Origin: an uncultured Candidatus Saccharibacteria bacterium
Lineage (GTDB): Bacteria > Patescibacteriota > Saccharimonadia > CAILAD01 > GCA-016700035
Assembly (NCBI GenBank): GCA_964432055.1
Contig: CAYSMD010000003.1
Coordinates: forward strand, 1 to 41,442
Length of the DNA stretch: 41,442 bases
Reading direction: 5' to 3'
Below, one piece after another: positions 1-8,100 of the stretch. The first letter of the stretch is position 1; each line of letters begins with the position of its first letter. The notes beneath the pieces are model-generated. The model did not search any database. It saw nothing but the letters and a program-made list of their open reading frames with translations, and was not told the origin of the DNA. A program made the translations under genes and the position numbers.

Positions 1-55
1 AGGATGCGACCTTCCCAAGGTTGAGACACGGGTTCGATTCCCGTTACCCGCTCCA
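1..55 (+). tRNA. tRNA-Gly (anticodon CCC), 3' portion only; the 5' end lies outside the window
   Basis: The anticodon stem is cgacc/ggttg around the loop ttCCCaa. The T-arm is acggg-ttcgatt-cccgt (28-44). The acceptor 3' strand is tacccgc, the discriminator is t52, and CCA is encoded at 53-55. Confidence 0.75.
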
Positions 56-62
56 ATTTTTT

Positions 63-139
63 GCCGATGTAGCTCAGTTGGCCAGAGCAATGCTTTCGTA
101 AAGCAGAGGTCGGCGGTTCGAATCCGCCCATCGGCTCCA
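63..139 (+). tRNA. tRNA-Thr (anticodon CGU)
   Basis: Hand-folded cloverleaf. Acceptor gccgatg/catcggc gives 7 perfect pairs. The D-arm is gctc-agttggcca-gagc. The anticodon loop is ttCGTaa, with U33 and A37. The T-arm is ggcgg-ttcgaat-ccgcc. The discriminator is t136 and CCA is encoded at 137-139. Confidence 0.9.
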
Positions 140-155
140 GTTGTTTTCCCATATC

Positions 156-164
156 TGGTATACT
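156..164 (+). promoter_or_regulatory. Extended -10 element TGgTATACT, 11 nt upstream of the ATG at 176
   Basis: The motif tggtatact lies at 156-164. No Shine-Dalgarno sequence sits between it and the start codon. No convincing -35 is present, because that position falls inside the tRNA. Confidence 0.35.
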
Positions 165-175
165 AGGTCCATACT

Positions 176-559
176 ATGGCTCCCGAAAAGCAACAACCGC
201 GCATTTTTAAAGCTGAAATGTGGCGAAACAACTGGATAGTTAGTCTCGTGGGACTTTTAGCTATTTTGAACGTAGGTCTCATCATATATATGGCAACCCA
301 ACTTCAACCCGTTCAATCATCTCTGCCTGTCAGATTTACGAGCTTCGCCAACTTTGATCGGCTGGGCTCCTGGTGGCAGCTCTTCTATTTGCCGCTTGCG
401 TCTGTGCTGATTTCTTCCTTTAACGTATTCTTGGCTCAAGGTATCTACCGACGCAGTCGGATCACGAGTGTGATGTTGATTGTGGCAAGCTTGGCCTTAA
501 CATTGCTAGCGGCACAAATTGCCGCCTTCTTTATAGGAGTAAGTTATGGCCCGCGTTAA
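176..559 (+). CDS. Small integral membrane protein, no recognised family
   Basis: 127-aa ORF with 3-4 hydrophobic segments (LVGLLAILNVGLIIYM, LASVLISSFNVFL, VMLIVASLALTLLAAQIAAFFIG). It overlaps the downstream GT2 gene by 14 nt. Confidence 0.6.
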   Translation: MAPEKQQPRIFKAEMWRNNWIVSLVGLLAILNVGLIIYMATQLQPVQSSLPVRFTSFANFDRLGSWWQLFYLPLASVLISSFNVFLAQGIYRRSRITSVMLIVASLALTLLAAQIAAFFIGVSYGPR

Positions 560-2240
560 CTCTCTCACTGGGTCAAATGTCCAGGCTCGACATCTCACGG
601 TGCGTTTTTATGAAATTCTTCCAGGACTGGCCACCTGGATGACGATCATCTTGCCAGTCGTGTTTGCGATCTATGCGCCGGTAGCAGTAGCGTATTTTAT
701 CATCGCTTTTGACTTGTTCTGGCTTATGAAGTCTTTTCGCATGAGCTTTGCCCTCCTTATGGGGCATCGTCGGCTGCGGATTGCATCCCATGTGGACTGG
801 CAGGCCAGGCTGAATCATCTGGAGCTACTTATGGATGGCGAGGGGACTCAGCAGCTTGAGCGTCATGTTGCTCAAGTGCGTCGTGAGCTTGGTAACACTT
901 GGTTTTTAAGTCGTTCAGGCCGGCGAGCCCATGAACAATACCATCAACTTACTCTCGAGCTTGATACTCTCCGAAATGTAGGTCAGTTTCGACACAAGGT
1001 GAAGCCCTCTGATGTCATACATGTAGTAATTCTTGCAACATATAACGAAACTTTAGAAACTTTGCGGCCTAGTATCAGGGCTCTGTCGCAAGCTCACTAT
1101 GATTTGAAGAAGCTTTGGTTTGTAGTCGCATATGAAGAGCGTGGTGGTGACAAGGATAGGGAGCGAGTTGCGACATTAAAGAGGGAATTCGAAGGGCAGT
1201 TTGGCAAATTCCTAACCTATGAGCACCCAGATGGAATAGCAGGTGAAGTCAAGGGGAAGGGTGCGAACATTAGTCATGCAGGCCGACAAGTGCTTGAGGT
1301 CATCTATAAAGAAAAAGTTCCTGTAAAGAATGTAATTGTCACAACACTCGATGCTGATCACCGCCCAGATCCGGCATATTTCCAGCATCTTACATACTCA
1401 TTTACGACCTCAGAGTCGCCGAAGCAGTATGCCTATCAGCCAATTCCAATGTTCTTTAATAATATTTGGGATGTTCCAGCTCCGATGCGAGTGATCGCTA
1501 CTGGTAACTCGTTCTGGGTGATTATTAACTCAGTGCGACCGCATTTACTCAGGAACTTTGCTGCCCATGCTCAGCCACTTGATGCACTCATCGCAACGGA
1601 TTTTTGGTCAACAACTACAATCGTAGAGGACGGCCATCAGTATTGGCGCAGCTTCTATCGGTTTGATGGGCAGTATCGAGTGGAACCGATATATGCACCG
1701 GTATATCAGGACGCTACACTGGCAACTGGTTACTTGAGAACCTTTAAGAATCAATACTTGCAGTTGCAGCGCTGGGCCTATGGAGTATCTGACGTGCCAT
1801 ATGTAGCTATTCAAAACTCGCGACACCCAAAAATTCCCGCTGGAAATCGCGCGATTCACTTCTGGCGACTCTTTGAGGGCCACTATTCATGGGCGACAGC
1901 ACCGCTGATTTTGACCTTCGTAGCGTGGTTGCCGCTATTCCTTAACCCCTCCTTTAAGTACAGCATGTTGGCACACCAGCTTCCAATTATCGCGAGTCAG
2001 ATTATGACGATCGCGATGGTGGGGCTCTTCATCACTATCTGGCTGTCGATAATTTCTCTACCACAGCGCCCCAAGAGTAAAAAGAAGATCCAGAATGTCT
2101 TCATGGTCCTGCAGTGGGCTCTACTTCCGCTTGTTGCCCTCGGCTTTGGTGCATTCGCTGCTATTGATGCACAGACGCGCCTCATGTTTGGAAAATACCT
2201 TGGTTTTCGAGTGACCGAAAAGGCGACCAAGCAGGAATGA
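546..2240 (+). CDS. Membrane-embedded processive family-2 glycosyltransferase (cellulose/chitin/PNAG-synthase-like)
   Basis: GT2 motifs occur in the expected order: VVILATYNE, TLDADH (DxD), VEDGHQY (ED) and LQLQRWAYG (QxxRW). Two N-terminal and about four C-terminal hydrophobic helices flank the catalytic domain. Confidence 0.8.
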   Translation: MARVNSLTGSNVQARHLTVRFYEILPGLATWMTIILPVVFAIYAPVAVAYFIIAFDLFWLMKSFRMSFALLMGHRRLRIASHVDWQARLNHLELLMDGEGTQQLERHVAQVRRELGNTWFLSRSGRRAHEQYHQLTLELDTLRNVGQFRHKVKPSDVIHVVILATYNETLETLRPSIRALSQAHYDLKKLWFVVAYEERGGDKDRERVATLKREFEGQFGKFLTYEHPDGIAGEVKGKGANISHAGRQVLEVIYKEKVPVKNVIVTTLDADHRPDPAYFQHLTYSFTTSESPKQYAYQPIPMFFNNIWDVPAPMRVIATGNSFWVIINSVRPHLLRNFAAHAQPLDALIATDFWSTTTIVEDGHQYWRSFYRFDGQYRVEPIYAPVYQDATLATGYLRTFKNQYLQLQRWAYGVSDVPYVAIQNSRHPKIPAGNRAIHFWRLFEGHYSWATAPLILTFVAWLPLFLNPSFKYSMLAHQLPIIASQIMTIAMVGLFITIWLSIISLPQRPKSKKKIQNVFMVLQWALLPLVALGFGAFAAIDAQTRLMFGKYLGFRVTEKATKQE

Positions 2241-3298
2241 TCGCGACGTATGCCATAGCACTGCTCGGGAGCTTGGCACTATCGCTGCTGCTCACCCCAT
2301 TTGTTATTAAGTTGGCACCGCGAATTGGTGCGGTGGATAATCCGTCTGAGGCTGTACGAAAGCTTCATCAGAAGATTATGCCCCGGGCTGGCGGGATAGT
2401 TATTGCGCTGATTTTTGTATTTTTGAGCTTCAGCCTCTTTCCTGGAGTCCCAACTCAGGCCTACTGGGGGGCGCTGATTGCGAGCTCGATCGTGTTTCTC
2501 ATTGGCCTGCTCGATGATATTTATCGGCTTAGTCCATGGCTGAAGCTTGCAGGACAATTGGTTGCAGCGAGCATCGCGGTATTTGGATTTGGTATTGGGG
2601 TAGAGGTGATCTCAAACCCACTCGGACAGAGCTTTGATCTGACGAAATCTGTAGTGCAAATTGCATCATTCCAGGTGCCGGTCTTTGGGGTTGCATTCAG
2701 TCTGATATGGCTTATCGGCATGACGAATACCATAAATTTCTTAGACGGTCTCGATGGGCTGGCGACTGGTGTGAGTGGTATTGCAGCCCTCATCCTTTTT
2801 CTTGTCTCAGTAAGCCCCAAGATCGACCAGCCGGCCACAGCGGTGTTGGCGCTTATCCTCCTCGGTGCTTGCCTTGGCTTTCTTCGCTATAATTTTTTTC
2901 CGGCAAAGATATTCCTTGGAGATAGTGGAGCCTATTTCCTCGGAATGATGCTGGGGAGCTTGGCAATCATTTCCGGCGCCAAGCTAGCTACTGCGCTACT
3001 CGTGCTGGGTGTGCCAGTCCTAGACGCAATCTGGTCGGTGGTTCGTCGTCTGGCAACTGGCCGATCGCCATTTTCGGCAGATCGTGGACATTTTCACTAC
3101 ATTCTTGTAGATGCAGGACTTTCGCAGCGCAAGACAGTACTGCTTATTTACTTGCTAGCCCTAGCATTTGGCGCCGTTGCGCTGCTTGGAGATAGTCTGC
3201 AGAAACTGATTGCCCTCGGGGTGCTAGCAGTCTTGATTGCGGTACTCATGGTGCTCTTCACGGCCCGGCGTCGTCGGAAGGACACTGCTTCGAAGTAA
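2237..3298 (+). CDS. Polyprenyl-phosphate N-acetylhexosamine-1-phosphate transferase (MraY/WecA/TagO family, GT4 fold class)
   Basis: Carries the signature NTINFLDGLDGLA plus FLGDSGAYFLG. It is polytopic with about 10 TM helices. At 353 aa it fits WecA/TagO better than MraY. An ATGA start/stop overlap couples it to the upstream GT2 gene. Confidence 0.85.
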   Translation: MIATYAIALLGSLALSLLLTPFVIKLAPRIGAVDNPSEAVRKLHQKIMPRAGGIVIALIFVFLSFSLFPGVPTQAYWGALIASSIVFLIGLLDDIYRLSPWLKLAGQLVAASIAVFGFGIGVEVISNPLGQSFDLTKSVVQIASFQVPVFGVAFSLIWLIGMTNTINFLDGLDGLATGVSGIAALILFLVSVSPKIDQPATAVLALILLGACLGFLRYNFFPAKIFLGDSGAYFLGMMLGSLAIISGAKLATALLVLGVPVLDAIWSVVRRLATGRSPFSADRGHFHYILVDAGLSQRKTVLLIYLLALAFGAVALLGDSLQKLIALGVLAVLIAVLMVLFTARRRRKDTASK

Positions 3299-3325
3299 AT
3301 TTGTATTGCCGCCATGGTAATATGA

Positions 3326-3355
3326 TTGACGATTCCAGATAGAACTTGGTACAAT
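3326..3355 (+). promoter_or_regulatory. Sigma-70-type promoter: -35 TTGACG, 18-nt spacer, extended -10 TGgTACAAT
   Basis: ttgacg lies at 3326-3331 and tggtacaat at 3347-3355, about 22 nt upstream of the TTG start at 3378. That start is preceded by the SD-like sequence gaggga. Confidence 0.55.
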
Positions 3356-3377
3356 ATGGCCCAAGAGGGAGTACCGT

Positions 3378-3737
3378 TTGAATCCTAAAGCCTTACAGGA
3401 ACTCATAAATAATCTTCGCGTCTTCTACCGCTGTCCTTCGTGTAGCGCAGAATACAAGACTGATGACATTAGGTTCCTGGGGAAGGTGGAGCAGCATTGC
3501 TTTATGCAGCTGAATTGCCAGGAGTGCTCATTGCCAGTATTGGCTACGGTGCTCTTGAGCTATGAGGCGGGTAAGCCGCTCGGTGAGAAGGGTAAGCACA
3601 CAAATCGCCGTAAGCGATCACGTTCTCAGCTTGGTGCTGACGCATCGAGGCGAGAGCGGGCTGCATTTAATCGCCGAGGGGCTATTACTGCCTCTGAGAT
3701 AGCTGAATTCTACACATTCTTGCAGTCTCAGCGATAG
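3378..3737 (+). CDS. Hypothetical zinc-ribbon protein with a basic C-terminal half
   Basis: 119-aa ORF with a TTG start and an SD-like gaggga 8 nt upstream. It has two CxxC pairs (CPSC and CQEC). No family recognised. Confidence 0.5.
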   Translation: MNPKALQELINNLRVFYRCPSCSAEYKTDDIRFLGKVEQHCFMQLNCQECSLPVLATVLLSYEAGKPLGEKGKHTNRRKRSRSQLGADASRRERAAFNRRGAITASEIAEFYTFLQSQR

Positions 3738-3798
3738 CGACCTCCATAACAAGATTCTACGGACTATATTTCTTTCTCAATTTCTTAAGGAGTAACAC

Positions 3799-4464
3799 AT
3801 GGAAAAACTACAATTAAAAGTTCAGGCTCGCACTGTCTCTGGCAAACAGCTAGCAGATTTGCGTGCACAGGGTCTCGTGCCTGGCATCGTGTATGGTAAG
3901 GGTGCCGAATCTCACCTGATCAGCGTGGAAGATCTGCCACTGGAGCGGATGTATCACAAGGCCGGTTCTTCAGGCCTCATTGAGCTCGCAATCGAAGATG
4001 CACAGCCAGTGCATGTCTTGATTCAGGATGTGCAGAAGACACACCTAGGGAAGCTGAGTCACGTCGACTTCCTGCAGGTTAAGATGGACGAAGCAATTCG
4101 TACCGAAGTACCACTGCGGCTTGTTGGTGATGCTCCAGGTGTATTTAACCTCGGTGGTTCACTCGTGCAAAACCTCGAAGAGATCGAGGTGGAGGCCTTG
4201 CCAACTGATCTGCCAAGCAGTATTGAGATCGATGTAACCGGTCTGGAAGAGCTCGAAGCGAGCTTGAGCGTTGCCGACCTGAAGATACCTAAGGGCGTGA
4301 CTGTCTTAACTGACGAACACGAGCTTGTGTGTCGCGTTGAAGCTCCTCGCAGCGAAGAAGAGATGGCTGAGCTTGATGCGGAGATGGGCGAGGCTGTTGC
4401 TCCAGGTGAAGAGTCTGTAGATGGCGAAGCCACCGAAGACGCACCTCAGGCTGATACCAACTAG
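3799..4464 (+). CDS. rplY: 50S ribosomal protein L25 / general stress protein Ctc (long form)
   Basis: The N-terminus KVQARTVSGKQLADLRAQGLVPGIVYGKG is typical of L25/Ctc. The C-terminal tail is acidic. A strong SD (aaggag) sits 8 nt upstream of the ATG. Confidence 0.9.
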   Translation: MEKLQLKVQARTVSGKQLADLRAQGLVPGIVYGKGAESHLISVEDLPLERMYHKAGSSGLIELAIEDAQPVHVLIQDVQKTHLGKLSHVDFLQVKMDEAIRTEVPLRLVGDAPGVFNLGGSLVQNLEEIEVEALPTDLPSSIEIDVTGLEELEASLSVADLKIPKGVTVLTDEHELVCRVEAPRSEEEMAELDAEMGEAVAPGEESVDGEATEDAPQADTN

Positions 4465-4483
4465 CACTCCTAAATAAGAAGCT

Positions 4484-4511
4484 AAAGGACCCATAGAGTT
4501 GGGTCCTTTTT
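4484..4511 (+). terminator. Rho-independent terminator after rplY
   Basis: Stem aggaccca/tgggtcct (8 bp), loop tagagt, followed by ttttt. Confidence 0.75.
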
Positions 4512-4575
4512 AGTTATCAGATTGAATGTGTTAATTATCTACATGCACTATGTGCTCAAGCATAACAAATATGTA

Positions 4576-5016
4576 TTAATAATTCTTCATTTCAGCTTTG
4601 AGTTCAGACTTTGTCCTGAACTGCATGTGCGTTGCCATGTAGCGCATGAAGGCATTCATATCGACGGCCTTGAGCGTCTCGAGTGAGAGTCTACGGATGA
4701 GATCGGCTGGGATCTCATCCTGTCCCCGTAGAATGATCTTCTGTTCAATAGTATCCACCAGGTTATCGATATCGACATCATCGAGATTAACACTGTCGAT
4801 TGCTCTCATAAGAGACATAAATAAAAACGAGCGGCGATAGGAGGAGGTTTTGCTGCTGCCCACCACCTGGAGAAAAGATAAATCTTGCCGCTCGTAAGTC
4901 GTAATGACCTTGCCACAGTCCGCGCACCGACGACGACGCCATATCTGGCTTCCACCTCGGGTCGAGCGCGTATTGACCACCTCACTGTGGGGTGATCTGC
5001 ATTTCATGCAAATCAT
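4576..5016 (-). CDS. nrdR: Transcriptional repressor NrdR (zinc ribbon plus ATP-cone)
   Basis: The N-terminus CMKCRSPHSEVVNTRSTRGGSQIWRRRRCADCGKVITTYER matches the NrdR pattern CxxC-x(n)-V-x-(D/N)-(S/T)-R-x(n)-RRRR-x-C-x2-C-x(n)-TTYE. Total length is about 146 aa. The ATP-cone half looks diverged. Confidence 0.75.
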   Translation of the reverse strand: MICMKCRSPHSEVVNTRSTRGGSQIWRRRRCADCGKVITTYERQDLSFLQVVGSSKTSSYRRSFLFMSLMRAIDSVNLDDVDIDNLVDTIEQKIILRGQDEIPADLIRRLSLETLKAVDMNAFMRYMATHMQFRTKSELKAEMKNY

Positions 5017-5186
5017 GTCTATATATTGTCATACCCCTGGTAGTAAGCACAAGTGGATAACTAAAAAATGTTGTGGATAAGTCTAATGGTCCTCTGTGCA
5101 AAGACCTTACGCTTCCAGGTGTAATCAGGTAGAATATTCATAAGCGCTTTTCGAAGTGCGCCACTAACTTCGACACCACCAATCAG

Positions 5187-8100
5187 ATGTTTCACAAAGT
5201 TACAAAACCAACCAAGAAAATCATTACCGATACCAGAAGCCTCACGAAGAAGGGGGTAGCTGGGCTTGGGGTGATTCGTAGTCGCACAACAACGGCAGCC
5301 CATATGCATGTGGCTGAGCGGGTGGGTTGGTATCATCGTTGGCACAATTATCGGCATCACAAAAAAATCCATGTTGGAGTGCTCGCGGTCTATCTGATCG
5401 CGATTGCGATAAGTTTGAGCATATTCCAGTCTGCAAAGGCAGGAGACCTAAACGATAACTGGGATTTCTCGACTGGTACTGGATATACGCTGTCAGATTC
5501 AAGCTTGGTAGAGGTAAGCAATGGAACAGTGAGACTCAAGGCACTTAATTACACGAGTGATGCAAACACTATGGGGCTGTGGCATTTTGATGAGAACACC
5601 GGCAGTACGGTTGCCGATGATTCGAGTAGTGATACTCTCACTGCAGTTGGTTCGCCAAGTTGGGCGGTGGGGAATTTAGTAAATGCCTTAACGCTGAATG
5701 GATCGACGCAGTATTTGACTGCCAATGATAGCTCAGCGCTGTCATTAACGGGGCAGCACACCATTGAGAGTTGGGTGAAATTCTCATCACCCTTTGCTTC
5801 TGGCGGAAATCAGAATCAAGCGATTGTCGATAAGGGTTCATATAGACTTTATTACAACAATGATACCGGCAAGATCACCTATGAGCTCGCCAACAACTCG
5901 GCTTCTACATGGACTCAACGAGCCGGTAACGATGTGAATCGCTCCTGGGACCTCAATGGTAAGCAAGATGTACGTGCGAGCGTCACGATCGGTACGGATG
6001 TATATACTGGGCTTGGCTCGAATGGTGGAACAGGTGATGCGGAAGTGTGGAAGTACGATGGTTCGACCTGGTCGCAAGTTGGTGGTGACGCTCGCAATAG
6101 TAGTTGGCCAGACGGAACCTATGAAGCCGTACGGTCTCTTGCTGTAGATGGTACAACACTTTTTGCTGGAATAGGTGAATCCAATGGTGATGCGGAAGTG
6201 TGGAGCTGTGATACTTCAACTGGCTGTGCGGCGTGGACAAAGCGCGGTGGCGATACGCTCAATAGCTCATGGGCGAATAGCACCTATGAAACTGTTTCGA
6301 GCATGGCAGTATTGGGCGGTAACTTGTATGCGGGTCTAGGAAATAATGCAGGTGGTGATGCTGAAATATGGCGATGTTCGGCGGCAAACTGCACGAGCTG
6401 GACAAAAGTTGGTGGAGACGCGCTCAACCTTGGGGGCGGTGCCTCACCCGACGCCACGTATGAAGAGGTTTACTCAATGACGACAAATGGTACTCTTTTG
6501 TTTATTGGTCTTGGTGCAACCGCCGGCGACGCGGATGTTTGGTCTTATAACCCCACGGGCAATGTTTGGACAAAGATTGGTGGTGACGCACTGAACCCTG
6601 GCGGTGGCGCAAGTTGGGCGGCATCTACTTTTGAATATGTGCTTTCTATGAGTGTGATGGGTACGGATCTCTATATAGGTCTCGGAACTACTGTTCTTGA
6701 CGCCGAGGTGTGGCGGTATAATATATCGTCTCCTGGGTGGACAAAAGTTGGTGGTGATGGAGTAAATCCTGGCGGTGGCGCTAGCTGGAATACAAATTAT
6801 GAGGCAGTGTATTCACTCACCAATGACGGCACAAATCTGTACGCCGGACTAGGGAACTCAACTGGTGACTCCGAGGTTTGGCGACTCAATGGTACGACCT
6901 GGACAAAAGTGGGCGGCGATAGCGTGAACCCAGGCGGCGGCGCCTCTTGGGCAACTGGTTCGATAGCTTACACTATGACCACTGTCGGCTCGACAGTCTA
7001 TGTTGGGCAAACCAATAACAGCTCTGGAAATGGTGAGGTGTGGCGGCTCAACGGTACTGCTTGGACTCGGATTGGTGGGGCGTATGTAAATAAATCTTGG
7101 GGTTACTTTGGAACCGAAAACGTAACTTCTATGACGCAATATAACGGGAAGCTCTATGCCTCGCTTGGAAACAACTCGCCGGGTGATGCTGTGATATGGG
7201 AGTATGACGGCTCGACCTGGCAGGTGGTTGGTGGACAGGGGATTAGTGGCTCGTGGACAGTTAACACAATAGAGACTGTGAATACAATGATTGCCTATAA
7301 AGGGAATCTCTATGTTGGGCTAGGTTTTAGTGCTGGTGATGGTGATTTGTGGCGGTATAACGGCTCGACTTGGACACAAGTGGGTGGTGATGCAATTAAT
7401 CTTGGCGGCGGCGCGTCCTGGGTGGGCGCTGCGTATGAAAACGTACATTCGCTCGCAGTCTTTAATGACAAATTGTACGCCGGTCTTGGCGCGAGTGCGC
7501 AGGATGCTGAAGTGTGGCAGTATGATGGCGCAACGACTTGGACAAAAATTGGTGGCGACGGCGTAGGTAGTTCTTGGGCTGCTGCTGGAAATATTGAAAG
7601 CGTTCTATCTATGGTCGGTTATCAGGGGCAACTCTATGCTGGTCTGGGAAGTTCCGCAGGTGATGGTGATGTATGGCGCTATAACCCAGGCTCAAACACC
7701 TGGCTCCAGATAGGTGGGGACGGCTTAAACTCTGGCTGGGCTGGTGGCGCCATAGAGAATGTCTGGGCACTAGCGGTGTATGACAATCAGCTGGTGGCTG
7801 GCATGGGTGACACCACCGGTGACGCTGACGTGTGGTCATACAACGGTACGATATGGGCGCAACTTGGTGGTGACGGCGTGAACTCTGGATGGGGCGGTGC
7901 CAGTGGATTCGATCGCGAGCGAATTCGAAGCCTTGTGGTATACAATGGTGAGCTCTACGCCGCCATGGGTACTGATACGGGTGATGGTGAAGTCTGGAAG
8001 CATGATGGAACGAGCTGGACGCGAGTTGGTGGTTCTGGCTTGAACGACTCCTGGGCCATTAATACTGTCGAAGAAGCTTTAACGCTGGCCACGTATAAGG

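Noticed and set aside
4059-4433. Ser-rich 124-aa minus-strand ORF
   Set aside because: It is antisense to rplY. The low-complexity poly-Ser composition is typical of the reverse frame of an acidic, GA-rich coding region.
5017-5186. Possibility that the nrdR / giant-gene intergenic region is the chromosomal origin (oriC)
   Set aside because: There are only two good DnaA boxes. The window has no adjacent dnaA, dnaN or other origin-linked gene, and I see no clear AT-rich 13-mer unwinding element. A regulatory role at the nrdR promoter is more parsimonious. GC-skew cannot be assessed from one window.
5061-5372. 103-aa minus-strand ORF upstream of nrdR
   Set aside because: It overlaps the 5' end of the giant gene and the DnaA-box promoter region. 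It is Cys/His/Pro-rich with no family resemblance or SD. It is most likely spurious, although the true start of the giant gene (5187 or 5304) remains uncertain.
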